Origin: Macrostomum lignano
Taxonomy: Eukaryota
DNA length: 64,000 nt
Direction of reading: 5' to 3'
Assembly: GCA_002269645.1 (NCBI GenBank)
Contig: NIVC01000971.1
Location: 41,883-105,882, forward strand
Shown here: positions 50,658-64,000 of the stretch, piece by piece
Position numbering within the stretch: position 1 is the first letter of the stretch
Layout: each line of letters starts with the position of its first letter
The notes under the pieces: generated by a model
The model's database searches: none
Told to the model about the DNA's origin: nothing
What the model saw: only the letters and a program-made list of their open reading frames with translations
Made by a program: the position numbers and the translations under genes

Positions 50658-52379
50658 ATGTTCTGCAGAAGTATCATCAGCCGGACACTTTCGCACTGTC
50701 GCTATCGCCCGGCGCCCCTAGCAACCGTTGCTAGGCCAGGATCGTTGCAGCAGAGGCGATGCTACATGGTGCCAATTGTAATTGAGCAGGACGGTAGAAA
50801 TGAGCGAGCCTACGATGTGTACAGCAGATTGCTGAAGGACCGGATTGTGTGTCTGATGGGCCCGGTCAGTCAGGAGCTGTCCAATGCGGTGATTGCCCAG
50901 CTGCTGTTCCTGCAGTCTGACAGTCCAAAGTCCACCATACACGTGTACATCAACAGTCCCGGCGGCTCGGTCACTGCCGGCTTGGCTATCTACGATACTA
51001 TGCAGTACGTTGCCAGCCCTGTGGCCACTTATTGCCTTGGCGAGGCCTGCAGCATGGGCTCGCTTCTGCTTCAAGCTGGCAGTCCAGGGAAACGGTTCGC
51101 TTTGCCTAACTCGCGTGTAATGATCCACCAGCCATTGGGATCGGCTGGCGGCCAGGCCACTGATATGCAAATTCATGTGAGCATTCGGGGCTGTAAAGCT
51201 ACATCATATTTAATGCAAATCTTTAAACAAAAAAATACTGGATACTAGAATGACTAGATATGTCACGCGAAAACAATGCGCTCATCTACAATTTCATTAG
51301 TAAAATTAGCGTTTTTTGCCTTTAAAATGGTAATATTCAATATTTATTAAATTTTAGAAGATATTTACGAATAGTTACAATAATCGCCTCTGACTTTCTA
51401 TGAGCAGACCCATTAAATTAGCATCTTCATTCTATTTCACCGAATCTAGGTTGCCCCAGACTCAAAAATATTTAAAACGAAATCATTTTAAGATTGAAGA
51501 TTGCAGGAAAACTTTTAAAAAGCCAAATCCAGTGCGTATGCATAGCGAGCAAGAGAGAAAAGGGGTGGCGACTGGCGCCCCAGCCAGGCCGATAAACAGT
51601 TATGCTTTTCTACCTCTTTCATTACTACTCTCTCATTGGCTGAGCTAGATTGGGACTGCCCCCTAGGCTGAGTTTTGTCCGTCTGACTTTGGCCTCTCTC
51701 CTTACTGCTCTCTCATTGGCTGAGCTAGATTGCCTGCCCCTTAGGCTGAGGTTTGTCCGTCTGACTTTGACCTCTCTCCTTACTGCTCTCTCATTGGCTG
51801 AGCTAGATTGCCTGCCCCCTAGGCTGAGTTTTGTCCGTCTGACTTTGGCCTCTCTCCTTACTGCTCTCTCATTGGCTGAGCTAGATTGCCTGCCCCTTAG
51901 GCTGAGGTTTGTCCGTCTGACTTTAACCTCTCTCCTTACTGCTCTCTCATTGGCTGAGCTAGATTGGGCCTGCCCCTAGGCTGAGTTTCTTCCGTCTTGC
52001 ATTCACTTGTGTATATCGAGAAAATGCTTTGTTGTTCGTTCTTAAGCCATTAAGCCTGACGCTACAAACAAAGACTATCGTACACACCAAGCAGTGTACC
52101 CGCAACCCTTCTGGGAATATTTAACTTTGCTTTGTACTATTCGAATCTTACTAACAGTGTTTTATCAAACTGCATGTACAGGTGGCGGAGATATTACGCA
52201 TGAAGACGGCCCTGTTGAAGATCTATGCCAAGCATACGGGTCAGCCCGAGTCCGTGCTGGCTGAAGCGATGGAGCGCGACCGGTTCATGTCGCCAACTGA
52301 GGCGGTTCAATTTGGCCTTATCGACTCGGTGCTGGAGAAACCGCCTGAACAAGCCGAAGGCGAGGCTAAGTCGTCTTGA
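50658..52379 (+). CDS. CLPP: Mitochondrial Clp protease proteolytic subunit; exons 50658-51176 and 52182-52379 (238 aa)
   Basis: Arg-rich presequence, then [43 protein letters not shown] (Ser), MIHQP (His), MERDRFM (Asp), FGLID.VL. Confidence 0.96.
51560..52050 (+). mobile_element. Second copy (opposite orientation) of the ~83-bp-unit element, in the ClpP intron
   Basis: ctctctcattggctgagctagattg..gtccgtctgactttggcctctctccttactg repeated about 4 times; both flanks match the reverse complement of 15380-15470 and 15640-15680. Confidence 0.75.
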
Positions 52380-54525
52380 TGGAATACAAAAGTGGCTTGT
52401 TATATTTCACATTTAATTGATATGACTCTTGCTCTTTCCTGCTCTCCTCCATGGTTGGCATTTTTAGTTTTTTTAAATTTAATATGAAATACATAAGCAG
52501 GACTCGGCTTAAGGTTATGTGCACCTTTTAGGCATGCAGCATTGAATTTGAATAATCTAGCATGCATGAATACTAAATTAAAGTTTATGAGACTTCATTT
52601 CTTTATTTCAAAAAAAGTACAAGACTAGAATGCACGCGCAGATTGAAACTAATTTTTTAAATCTGAGCTTAAAAAATCGCAGGTAAAAGCTTTTTTTCAA
52701 AAAAGTGTAAAATCTCTTTACAATCGATCAAACCGTACGCTCGTACGTATGCATATTTTTGTTGATTGCAACATCATAAGTAGTAGACTTCTCTCACTAG
52801 CGGGATTCGCTATACTTGATTATTGAATTGAGACCGAAAAAGCTTTATACCATAGCTTGATTCATCCTATGTTGATTTATAGCCTAGAGCGCTATACTGA
52901 CAAGATTAAAACAAAAATTATTCTTTTTTTGAAACAGTTTCGTATAAAATCTATTTGACGTTTTCCGGTTTTTTATCAATATTTTAAAAGTATAACAAAA
53001 CAGATTAAAAATTTCAAAGAAAAAAGCATATACGCAAAAGTATTTTTAAAAAGTAAGTATTTTTTATATATCTTGATTTGCTTAGCATTGGTTTTTAAAG
53101 TTTTTACTAAAAATATTTAGCTGTGATATAGTTTAACTTGCATATTTCTGATCATTTTTCAGCGCATTTCGCAATCGAGAACTATCGATATGAGTTTTGA
53201 TAAAAAACGATGAACCAAAATATAAGCTACTAACTTAACTAATTGGTGCATATAAACTTAGTGTTATCTATATATATTTTCAGCCATGGGTCGTTTGCGG
53301 CTATCGTTTTTCGGGATAAAGAATTCTCAAAGCTCAATTAGTACTATGGTCGTGGGTCATATGACTTTTTAAAAAGAAAAAGTTAAATATAGCTACATAT
53401 GTATTTTCAACCAATGTAGAACTTGACTGATAATTTACAGGTTTAGTTAAAGCTAGTGAACATAACAATGCTTGTTTATTATTCACTCTTTAACTTTAAT
53501 AACTTTAATAACTAATTATTCTTTAATATAAGTTATATTATTGTTTGTCAAGTACTACAATCAAATAAATAACCTGGAATAATTATTGCTAAATTTAATA
53601 GTTAAATTAAGTTAAAATTATTTTCTTTTCTTATTTGAACTGCAATGAGTCTTCACTCTTCATTTATTTAAATTAAAAAAGCAGCTATTGTCACATACTA
53701 TGTTTTTCTCACAATGAAGCTATGCTCATAAAACTCCCTATTGAATATTTAAAACACCTATTTTAGATATTTTAATAGCTTATAACGAGTGTTATATTTA
53801 TGTGAAAATTCTTTCTAAACAAATAATTCAAGATGGTCAGTTACGAGTATAAATATGCATAAATTTTTCCTTTTAGTTAAATTCAGCAATCAGCTTTAAT
53901 ATTGTAAGTTAAATATTATTAATTATTTTAGCCTACATACTCGTAATAGGACAAAGCATAACTGCCAACTCTAAAAAATTTGATTACAAATTTTTCACAA
54001 AATCTTCTAATGCTAGCACCTAAACAAAAAATTGTCTTGGCCATTGTTATTAAACTTGATATTAATTTTTAAACTCTTTTAGGTTCTTAATTCTTTGTTT
54101 TCATAGGATTTCTAAGAAAAGGAAAGTCATATCTGATATAGAAATGTAAATATATATACTTTTAATTTTTTATTTGCTTTTTTAGTGCAGCATATATTCA
54201 TAGTTCATGAGCTATCTCATCTAAAAGATGCATATAATTTCGAGCTACAGTTCACTTTTTGCATTTTTTCTGAGTTGGACATAAAATAATTTAACCAATA
54301 ACCATAGTAATAAACTGAGTATAAAAATGACAATTCGGCTTCAATAACTATTTCTTTGCTTTCTTTTAATTACCCATAAATCAAGTATTGGATAAGCCAG
54401 CAAAAAATGTTTAAAATCTAAGCATATTCGAGGTTTATTGGAAATCTTTATTCAAACAAACCTTCTAAGTTAATTTACGCTTCAAAAACTTGTTCAATCC
54501 TCGCCCCGCTCTTAAAGGATCCCGG

Positions 54526-57005
54526 ATGATGCTGCACTCGGAGCGCCCCAAGACTGGCCATGGCAGGCGCCGCGGCCCAGCCTGTGGCAGTTATTATGAC
54601 TCATCCGCCTCCACAAGGGCCGACAACAACGCCTCTGCCGCAGCCGCCGAAGCCGCAGCTGCCGCCGCCGCCGCCGCCGCCGCCGTTTCTGCCAATAGCC
54701 CAGCAGAAGCTGAGCTGCAGCAGCAGCAGCATCAGCCAGCGGCGCGGCCGAAGACCGGTCACGGTCGAAGGCAGACAATGCCACCGTCAGACCAGCAGCA
54801 GATGGACGTTCAGCAGGAGCAACAGCAGCTGCCAATCGGCATCGGCAGCTCGGACGCGGACGTCCTCATTCTTGACGACCCGAGGCCGCAGACGGCCGCC
54901 ACAGCCCGGCGTCGACGACCCCAGACCGGCTACGGGCGGCGCCGACCACCGGTGCAGTCGGGAGGCGAAACAGCCACTGCCAGTACGGGAAGCCGGCCGG
55001 GTCTGCGATCTGGCTCGGCTCGGCAGCAGCAGCAACAGCAGCAGCAGCAGCTGCATCATCACCGCAACACCATCGAGGACGCCATGATGGACCTGCAGCA
55101 GCCGCCGGACCCGCAGGACTTGCTGCTGCAGCAGCAACAGCAGGAGGAGCTCCTAGCACTCGCCACTACGTTTCCCCCGGCGAGGCCATTTTCATCCAAG
55201 TACAAAGTTCTGCCCGACATCAGCGGCAATGGGAATGGCCTGCAGCAGCAGCAGCCGCAGCAGCAGCCGCAGCAGCAGCCGCAGAAGCAATCTCCTCAGC
55301 CGAAAACTGCTACACCAGCTAGTCAGGTGGGCGCGCTGTGCTAAATGTTCATATTTAAACGCAGACTAAGCCTGCTAATTGAACTCAAGCTTGCACTGAC
55401 CCCCCCCCAGGAGCGCAGATTGCGCACCTGTCTGATGTTGAGAAAGTCATAGCCGCACCGCCTTGGATTGCGGCAGCGTCCAGAGCCCCCTTGGAGAGTC
55501 TAGCGAGCCGACTGGCCGATTCAAATGTTTTTTTCTCCTTCCGGCTCTCTCTGACGAGGTCTCCAATCGTATAGGTTTCCAATCAGTTAGACAAGTTCGA
55601 TCGGTTTCTATCGATGTATTACCCTCAACAAGGATGTTTTTTTTTCTACAGCTTCCTTGATCGTTACAGTTGCAATTGTATAATCAATTCAGAGACAAGG
55701 AGAGCTACAGCTGGTCACTTTTTGATATTGTTGTAATTCTATCTTGACGCGTCTCCAGATGATCTCTGAGTTAGACCAGGATATCGGAGTCTAGGGCTCG
55801 ATTCAAAAAAGAGGTTTTCTTGATGGTGTTGGGGGACAACTCTGGATATCGTCTGAGTAGATTAGTCTAGACCACAGGTACTAGAATACCTAGATGGGCC
55901 GCTCAGCACATATGCGTGTAAGCTACTTTCAGTTCAGTAGTAAGTTGAACAGAAGCATTTTAATGCGTTTTTAAAGCAGAGGCTTATTTATTGGCTTTTA
56001 CCCTCCCACTTAAACCCTCCAACCGCGTCTTTCCAAACCCTCCGCCACCCAATTTTTATTGCCTTTCTCTGAATTCCAGCCTAAAGCGGCCATGTACATT
56101 TCAGTGGACTGGCCAATGTACATTATTGCTGAACCAATTGGCAAGCTGTTTACGCCTGCAAGCTTTTGGGGCTTCTAAATTTATCAAATTCATTTTATCT
56201 TGCCCTTATTTTTTATAAAATAGCTTATGTATTCTTCTTTGCTACTGAACTGGAAGTAGAAAGCTGTTTTTTACTAAGTGTATATGCCTGTTGCCCATCT
56301 AGTTATTTTAATATTCGTGGTCTAGACTAGAAATTCAGAGTTATATTGGGAGAATGTGAAAAGAGCGAGCAGGCGCAGGAGCGGAGAAGAGGGGGGAGGG
56401 AGCGGAAGCTTTATTCTCACTGAATGCTAGTTTATATATGTTTTCTATAACGCATTTCATTGGTGTTCCCATCACGGTATGGAATCTTTACTGACGCACA
56501 GGCATGTGCTGTAATTTCCAGATAGAAAAAATCTTATAAAGTTCGCATTAGACTATAGAATATCGTTGGACATAGCATGTCTAAATTAAGATCACCATGC
56601 AGCTCAATTTCCTCTGTTCCGCAGGCGGTCTCCGCCACCCCCATTGTCGGCGACAGCGGCGGCTCAGGCGGCGCCAACGCGGCGGCCGCGCCCGGTCTTC
56701 GCCCCGAACCTGGCCCGGACTCGCCAAGGCTGCTGCTGGCGCTGCGCATGCCGAACGGATCCCGGATGCAGCGCCACTTCCGGCCGGACAGTCCGCTGCT
56801 GGCCGTGCGCAAATTCGCTGAAGCGGCCGCCGAGGAGGACTTCAGCGAGTGCGAGCTCGTGCGCGCCGACGACAGAACGGCTTTCAGACGCCGCCAGCTG
56901 GAGCGCAGCCTGCAGGAGCTCGGCATCCGGGATCGCAGCCTGCTCATCCTGCAGGAGGCCCTGGATGACGACGACGATGATGATGACGAAGAGATGCTGG
57001 AGTGA
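54526..57005 (+). CDS. UBXN10: UBX-domain protein, UBXN10-like; exons 54526-55326 and 56625-57005 (~393 aa; start tentative)
   Basis: UBX LLLALRMPNGSRMQRHFRP..L..V..FAE...RSLQELGI..RSLL; N-terminal RPKTGHGRR and SKYKVLPDI motifs resemble UBXN10; cag|gtgggc ... ccgcag|gcg phase 0. Confidence 0.75.
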
Positions 57006-57264
57006 CGAGCCGGCGAAATTCCTATTGGCTGAGCTGCTTTTCTTCTCCTACTGCAATCATGGGTGATCCTCTCAGACGTTTCCCTGTTTGAAAGCATCTT
57101 CTGGGACTCGACTTTGCGGCTTCTGTCCCCGCCCACTCTGAATAACTTGTACCGATTTCCTGCAGTCAACTGTGCTTGAGTCAGCTTGCATCTGGCAAAA
57201 CTCAGATCAGTCAATACAAGTAATAATTTAAATATTGTTTTCTAGTTTGAGTTTTTTTTCTAAC

Positions 57265-57885
57265 CAGAGGTCGGCAAACTCCGCCCGCGGGCCACATTCG
57301 GTCCGCGACGCCTCTCTACCGGCCGTCAGGTCCTTTGAAACTTGACAATAGCAATGCGGCCTGCTCAGGGTTTGTGTCTCTTCTCAGCTCTCTTGCAAAA
57401 TCTCCTCTCTCACTTTTTCTCTACTCTCTCCTCTCCTCTCTCCTCTCTCTTTTCTTCTATCTCTTCTCTCCTCTCTCCTCTCTCTTCTCTTCTCCCCTCT
57501 CTCCTATCTCCTCTCTCCTCTCTCTTTTCTTGTATCTATTCTCCCTTCCCTCTTTTCTTCTCTTCTCTCCTCTCCTCTCTCTCCTCACTCTCCCCTCTTC
57601 TCTCTCCCCTCCTCTCCTCTCCTTTCTCCTCTCTCTCTCCTCTTCTCTTTCTTTTCTCTCCCCTCTTTTTTATTCTCTCCTCTTTCTTCTTTTCTATTCT
57701 CTTCTCCCCTCTCTCCTCTCTCCTCCCTCCTCATCCCTCCTCTCCTCTCCTCTTTTCTTCTTTATTCCCTCATCTCTCCTTTCTCCTATCCCTATTCCCT
57801 CTCTTCTCTCCTCCTCCCTTGACGTGGCAATCATGAGCCAGGCTCTCTATCTGGCCTTTAAGGTAAAAAAGATTTCCGACCTCTG
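57265..57885. mobile_element. hAT-like non-autonomous element carrying a ~450-bp CT-rich tract (57370-57820)
   Basis: TIR CAGAGGTCGG(C/A)AA at both ends; TSD is poor (5/8). Confidence 0.6.
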
Positions 57886-59899
57886 ATTTAAACTTACAAT
57901 CCAGGACAGCTGAAGCAGAAGGACACTATGCACTTTTCAAATCGTGCAGATTCTAAATAATTTCGTAAAGATTTGCTTTTTTGGTCTTTTTCTAAATTTT
58001 GCTGCAACTTTGCTTACTTGAAAGAAACAGCTTGAAGAACTTGAAAGTGCGCCTTGGATAAAACACGTGCTTGCTTGATTTGTACCTCGGATGCAGTCTG
58101 CAGTCCTTGTACTTTAGCTGTCCAATGATTAGGATTAAGATCATCTCTTAAAAAATGCACACCTGAATGCATACTTGTAGTAGTAGCACAAGCCGACTGC
58201 TTTAGAATCTGAATGTTTTATTGGCTGTAACTTTTTAGATAAGAAATAATCAGCTACCTCTATTCAGTTTAGCACTAATAATTACTATTTTATTTTTTAT
58301 TACTGTCAAAGCACTTTGCTGGATTCTCTCTCTGACTGGTACGAAGTCAGCAGCAGCCACTGTTGTAGTCAGTTCCTGCACTCACTTCATAGCTAACTGC
58401 TTCTGCGGCAATAACTATAATGCTATGAGTAGTAGTAGCTGCGAACTCCAATGACATTTTTGAATATCCAAAGACTTTAATCTCGCGATTAATCATATTT
58501 TTCCCATGTCTATACAAGTCTTGAAACAATATTATAAACTCTGTGTACTCCAACCGAATTATCATACTCGTGTATATTTATTATATTTATTTTATTATAT
58601 AGAGTTCAGTCCTGTTCTTTGCTACAGATATTGAAGCACCGCACAGCTCACTGTTTCACGTCCATTGAACTATTGATTGTTATGCAGGCGCACTCTTTGT
58701 CTGCTTGGTTCTTAACCAGCTGATGTACTCATGCACTTGGCGCATCTCATGCAGTTGGGGCCTTGACCCAGTTGTACATTGCGCAACTGCGTGCACCTCT
58801 TTGAGCCACTTGAATCTCTGTCTCAGGTTTTCTTGCTGAAACTTTTAACCGTGTTTTTGCGTTTCTTTTTTCTTCTGCGTTTTCGATCATGCCTTTATAC
58901 TTTTAGTCCTTGCTCCTCCGTGTTTAATCTTTGATTGTAGAAGAAGAGTTCACTTTCATTTGGGGGTTGTGCAGGAAAAATTGCATTGGCTACCAGAGGT
59001 TGTCGTGCGGTTCACAGCCTTGAGGGCCGACCCCTAGGGTTGTGGTGGGGATGTCGCAGTTGCGCCATGGTGCACTTGATTGATATTGCCTGATAACCTT
59101 ATAGAAGTTTTATCAGTTTTGTCAAATAAACAGGCTTAGGACAAGATTGATAAAGAGCATATATGAATATTGGCCCGTAACCATATACATACATTTTCAG
59201 TGCGGCATTGCCTTCTTCTGTAGCAGCCTCTCAGATATTCACATTCTAGTTATGGCTTCAGACATTTGATAATACTGTATTCGACAATATTGATTTAATT
59301 CACTATTTTTCAACCATTAGAATCCTTCCTTCAATGCGATTGGTTTTGCAACATTCTGTCACTAAGGCTATATTTATTTGTGCAAGCGCTGATTTATAGC
59401 TGTCTGTATTTATGTTGTCAACTCTAGACTGACTCTATAATATATTCTTTGTTTGATACTTTTCATATTTATAATATGCTGCCATACGTCTATGCACAGG
59501 TTAGTGGCACTGTACGTACATTAAACTGATGCCTTACATTATCCTTATGTTTATCATTTAATTGACTTTTCCTAAATGAATTATAATTTTATTAAATATC
59601 TATACACACAATCTGACTCAAGAATCAGAGTCCTGATTGAGCCTAGTTATGCACTGTCAGGCTGCTCGGTAACAAGCCTAAGAACTTGATTCGCATTCTT
59701 TCTGTTCGATTAAATTCGTTTTTCCTGTTACCAAGCATAGATGATTACTTGGAAGAGTCTTAAGTAACACGCAGATTGGATTTGTGTGTTTATTATAGTA
59801 ATATGGCCTTCCTAAAGTTTTATAAAAGACTAATTGCATCTATCAGAGGGATAGGGTGTATGCATTTTTATTAGAGGCAGGGGCCATGTGCACCCTGGG

Positions 59900-60237
59900 A
59901 CACTTTAAGCGCCACACTGTCACACAACCGGCGAGAGGCATTGCTGCCCATTCCACCGACTCCCCTGAGCAGGCATACAAGCGCGCGGATACGTACGCAG
60001 TCATACGCACAGGCACACACTCACACAGGAGTGTACAGCGGCCCTAACTTTATTTATCGTTAGGCATGTAAACTTCCCTGTGCCTTGGGGGTGGCCTTCA
60101 AGGCCGTTAATTGCACGAGCAGAGCCAAGCCGAGATTCCAATTTAGCCCATAAAATTAATGTGACTGCACTTGGAATCGAGCCTGGGTCGATGGCACATC
60201 AGAGCGCCGCATTGGACCACTGGGCTACGGCACCACC
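59900..60237 (-). mobile_element. tRNA-derived SINE, same family as 18520-18863
   Basis: Colinear high similarity over ~330 bp, with A-box and B-box on the minus strand. Confidence 0.85.
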
Positions 60238-61368
60238 GACGCATTAAATACATTTTATGATAATATGTTTATAGCTAAAAATGCTACAAGTATTCATAAT
60301 AATTCAGAAGTGAGGGAAGTTTCCGGAAAATACAATTGGTTCAAGGTTAGTAGATTCTAGAATTTTCGGGAAAGGCGTTATAACTGCAAGTTCAACTATC
60401 CTCAATTTGTTATAATTGAACGAACTCGGCTGTTATTCTATAAATTCTATAATCTTTTAGAATTAATAAATGGCAGGTCACGCGCATTTTACAGTTCTTC
60501 ATCTCTCAGCGACCCCTCAGCCCTCGATCACATTGCCTCACGGAAACAGAAATTTTTGCGCTGAATTTAGAAGCATTTCCGCTGTTTTGCGTAGTCTAAA
60601 ACTTTTTAGCATGCAATTATTATAGCATTTTTCGTTTTAGCTCGTATTTACAGTGTTGCCACCACTGCGATTTTTTATCGCTCAGCGATAATTTTGTCCA
60701 TTTTGCTCGTTTCCTGCGATTTTTTGTGGACACCAGTCCTTTCAACTTTTTATCAAGTACTGTGTTTCATTTTGTGCTCAATTTAAGTGTCATGAATGTC
60801 ATCAATATAGCGTGAGGCTGTGCAAGCCTCTGGTTTTGAAGCTCGGCGAAAGGAGATTGAGCATGCTGCGGTCGAGCGAGCACTAAGGAAAGCTGCTGAC
60901 GAAACGGCTCGGCGAAAGAGACAGGCGGAGTTCGGCGCTCGATCTGTCCTGCCAAAGGTTCCAAAGAAAAAATGAACATCCACTGAAGAGCCTGCAGTTT
61001 TTCTGACTAACGTTTGACTAGCCAAACAAAGATTCACGTAAAAGTATTTCTTCCCCTACAGTTACCGACATTGATCAACAATTAAAATATTAAAAGAATT
61101 CATTTCAGCTATATAGAATTGAGAACAGATTCAGACAACTGGAATATAGCACGAAATTTAGTTGTAAATATTTAGGCGCCCTCAAATTTCCGCATTGACA
61201 ACTAGCAAAATTCTATGTCAATAAGATTGTCATTAACTTAATCAATAATGCAAGAAATTTGCGGGTAACAATGTGGAAATTTGCGGGCACTATGTTAGAG
61301 ATAGGCAGAAAGTTGAGAAAGTCTATGGTCGAAGGCTATTTTTTTCGGTGGATGGGCAAATCTTTGTG

Positions 61369-62417
61369 CCATAGACTAAACACTCGGATTAATCGAGAGG
61401 ACGGGGCTATGGAGCCGCGTTTTGAAGCAACGATTCTAGAAAGTTCTGTCTGTCTAATCAACTACTGACTAAGAATGTTGAACTACGCGAATCTGCCCGA
61501 CGAACTTATCAGTGGTCTGTCAACAGAGGAGTTGAATTGGGTGTCGTCAGAGTCAGCAACCCGCTATTTGGAAGAATTGAGTGGCGAGTTCGCTCGACAA
61601 CTAGACGCTGAAGAGATTCAGGACCTAAGCGAAGATGCGCTCGAGGAACTTAAAGAAATTGAACGAGAAGGAATCCCGAAGTCCTCTGAAAGACAGATGG
61701 CGGACGCTGTGAGGAGGTTTCAAACGTTTTTGACTGATAAGCAATTATCATCAGGTCTGATGCGAGTACCTCCTACTATTTTGAACAACTATCTGCATTT
61801 CTTCTATTCAACGCTAAGGACCTAGGATGGCCTGTTCTATGCACCTCCAACACTGATTTGCATTCGAGCCGGACCTTGTAGGTTCTTCAATCTCAACCGT
61901 CCAGGAGTAAACATTATCGGAGATCCCATGTTTACCGCTGCCAATCAGATGCTAGTGTCCATGGTCCAAAAATACAAGCGCGCAAACCAGCCAAAGGTCC
62001 GAGACGAGTTCGCTGCCATCGAGAAGAACGATCTGGTCAAAATCATGGCCTACTTTGATCGGACAAACGGCGCAGTACTGCAGCAGGAGGTAATATTCCA
62101 CCTAATTTACTATTTCGGACTACGTGGACGAGAGACGCTCCCTTTGCTAGACAAAGCAAGCTTCGTTTTTCAAAAGGACTCGGAAGGCAGAGAGTATGTC
62201 GCTCTAAACCATGAAATTATCAGCAAGAATTCAAAGGCTTCGTTAAAACCCTGCGAGTTCCAGAATGTCAAGAAGGCGCGCATGTACGATACGTACGAAA
62301 TTATAAAAGTACGTCGAAAGCGTAAAAGAAAACTAAATCATAATAATCCTATAAAAGTATAATTTCTTTTGAAATATAAAAGCATACTTGGTTGGAACTT
62401 GTTTTACCATAGACTAA
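61369..62417 (+). mobile_element. Crypton (DUF3504-type tyrosine recombinase) remnant; ORF 61475-62362 has one in-frame TAG (61823-61825) and a truncated C-terminus
   Basis: IPKSSERQ..AV.RF..FL, LNNYL.FFY..LRT*DG..Y...TL..IRAG..R, DP.F..AN.ML, L...V.F.L.Y.FG.RGRE, F....D..GREYV; 11-bp direct repeat CCATAGACTAA at 61369 and 62407. Confidence 0.85.
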
Positions 62418-64000
62418 GAAAATTCGAGACGAAATTTCATTCATTGATACCCCGAAAACGGACACTTGAGCTAAGAAAAGTTAATGACAATTGTTATTAC
62501 TCATCAGCGGTCGTAGCGTCTTGGGTTTTAGTTGGTTGCTCGGGTCGGTTCCATAATGAACATCAGTAACTATATTATATGTATGCCTGTCTTCCCTTAA
62601 GAAAATGCTTGTGTTGTATGACTACTTCACTGATTCGGCGTAAATGAGAGTTGCATGCAGTTACGAGCGTATTGCAAATTGTAGTAGTTCTTTTTGGTCA
62701 AATAGAAGATGGAATTAGAAATGGAAAGCTAAAAAAATTGTTTTTGCATACTGGCGCCTTTTTCTCTATGACAAATAAGAAATTAGTTCCTGCGATTTTT
62801 TTCTTATTCTGTGATAATTTCTTTGGTTGTTGTAGTGGCAACACTGATTTAGGAAGTCGAGCATTCAATTTAAGACACGGCCAAGCATATTCAACCCATG
62901 ATTCTCTGCAGTTACCATGGAACGCCAGTTCTGTAGATTGATCTCGTCTGGTGGACTCTCAAGCTTCATTTGCAGGGCGGGCATGACTTGTCTGAATTTA
63001 ACTGCCCTAGCCTGTGTCTTAAATTCAATACTGTATCTGTGCCTGCGTCATACCGGTAGACAGACGGTGTTTTGACCATAGACGCGGTTTGTGACCATAG
63101 ACGGTTTTTTACCATAGACAGTGTTTTGATCATAGACAATACAATGTATTCTAGGAAAAAACCCTTCTATAGGCCCTTAACCGTCCGACCGTGTCCTTCC
63201 ACACAAACCTTTACCCCGCCACCAACCCTATTTTTATTGCCTCCCTCAGTGCTCCGTCCGAAAGCCGAAATGTACATTTTCAGTAGCGCTGGCTGACTAA
63301 TGTACATTACGATTGCACCGATTAGCAAGTTTTTTACGACCTAACAAGTCACTCTTTAGCGCAGCCTTATTTTCATAAAAATAGCTTACACACTCTGCCT
63401 TTCACTACTGAACTGAAAGTAAAGAAGCTGTTGGACCAAGAGCGGCTAAAATGCTCAAGTAGTAATTTATCATATAGCTATATGTGAATCTTCATAGATC
63501 CTGACACAACGTTTATTATTTAGCAACTTATCATTATTGTACATTTTATGTCAAAAAAACAGCAGAATTCATGCAAACTTAGGACTTTACGCACTGTAAT
63601 AGGTAGTTGAAATGGCAATATTTTGAGACCATGTTTAAGTCCGCAACTCTTGGACTACGTCCAGTGCCAATTATTAAAAGTGTAGTTTGTTTATTTAATT
63701 GTTCCGAAGGTAGTCCAGTAGTACTAGGATTTATTAATTTCTATTCAATACCCGAAAAATACAATGCGGAGAATGGAGGTTTTTCATTTTCAGGACAAAC
63801 ATTGTTATTACGTTTTATAGGAGACATCTTTTTATATGACTTGCCTTTTTATGGCTCTTTGGCATTTGACATTTTGTTACACAGTTAGCTAAGAAGGATA
63901 AAATGATAAAACCTATTCATTCTCCGTAATATATTTTTTGGTAAAACCTGGGTCCTAAAATTTTCCAAGTTTCCAGTCCTACTTATTAGTCCTTGTACCG

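Noticed and set aside
58620-58920. Decayed minus-strand Lys/Arg-rich reading frame with TGA stops
   Set aside because: Family not recognisable; probably a transposon remnant.

Overview
Eukaryotic (metazoan) genomic DNA: GC-rich spliced exons among microsatellite- and minisatellite-filled introns, LINEs, SINEs and MITEs. The style is most like a free-living flatworm such as Macrostomum (inference; not confirmable without a search). Eight host genes are supported, with splice sites read from the sequence: UspA-like (+), XRN2 (+), ETHE1-like persulfide dioxygenase (-), an Mx-like dynamin GTPase (+), a tandem two-domain ALKBH3-like protein (+), a TMEM79/MAPEG-like membrane protein (+), mitochondrial ClpP (+) and a UBXN10-like protein (+). 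Mobile DNA includes a decayed PIF/Harbinger-ISL2EU-type transposon carrying a USP deubiquitinase domain, three LINE fragments, a Crypton tyrosine-recombinase remnant, tRNA-derived SINEs and several hAT/MULE MITEs. Most notable: (1) the ALKBH3-like gene encodes two AlkB folds, both missing the Fe(II)/2OG ligands, plus a Cys-rich tail; (2) a LINE has lost most of its CpGs, with apparent CG->TA double hits (RIP-like), while LINEs nearby keep their CpGs; (3) a young LINE is flanked by a 394-bp direct repeat; (4) the Mx-like GTPase has a TCPD G4 motif; (5) two intronic minisatellites are tandem copies of the gene's own splice acceptor. All alignments were done by eye against remembered family motifs.
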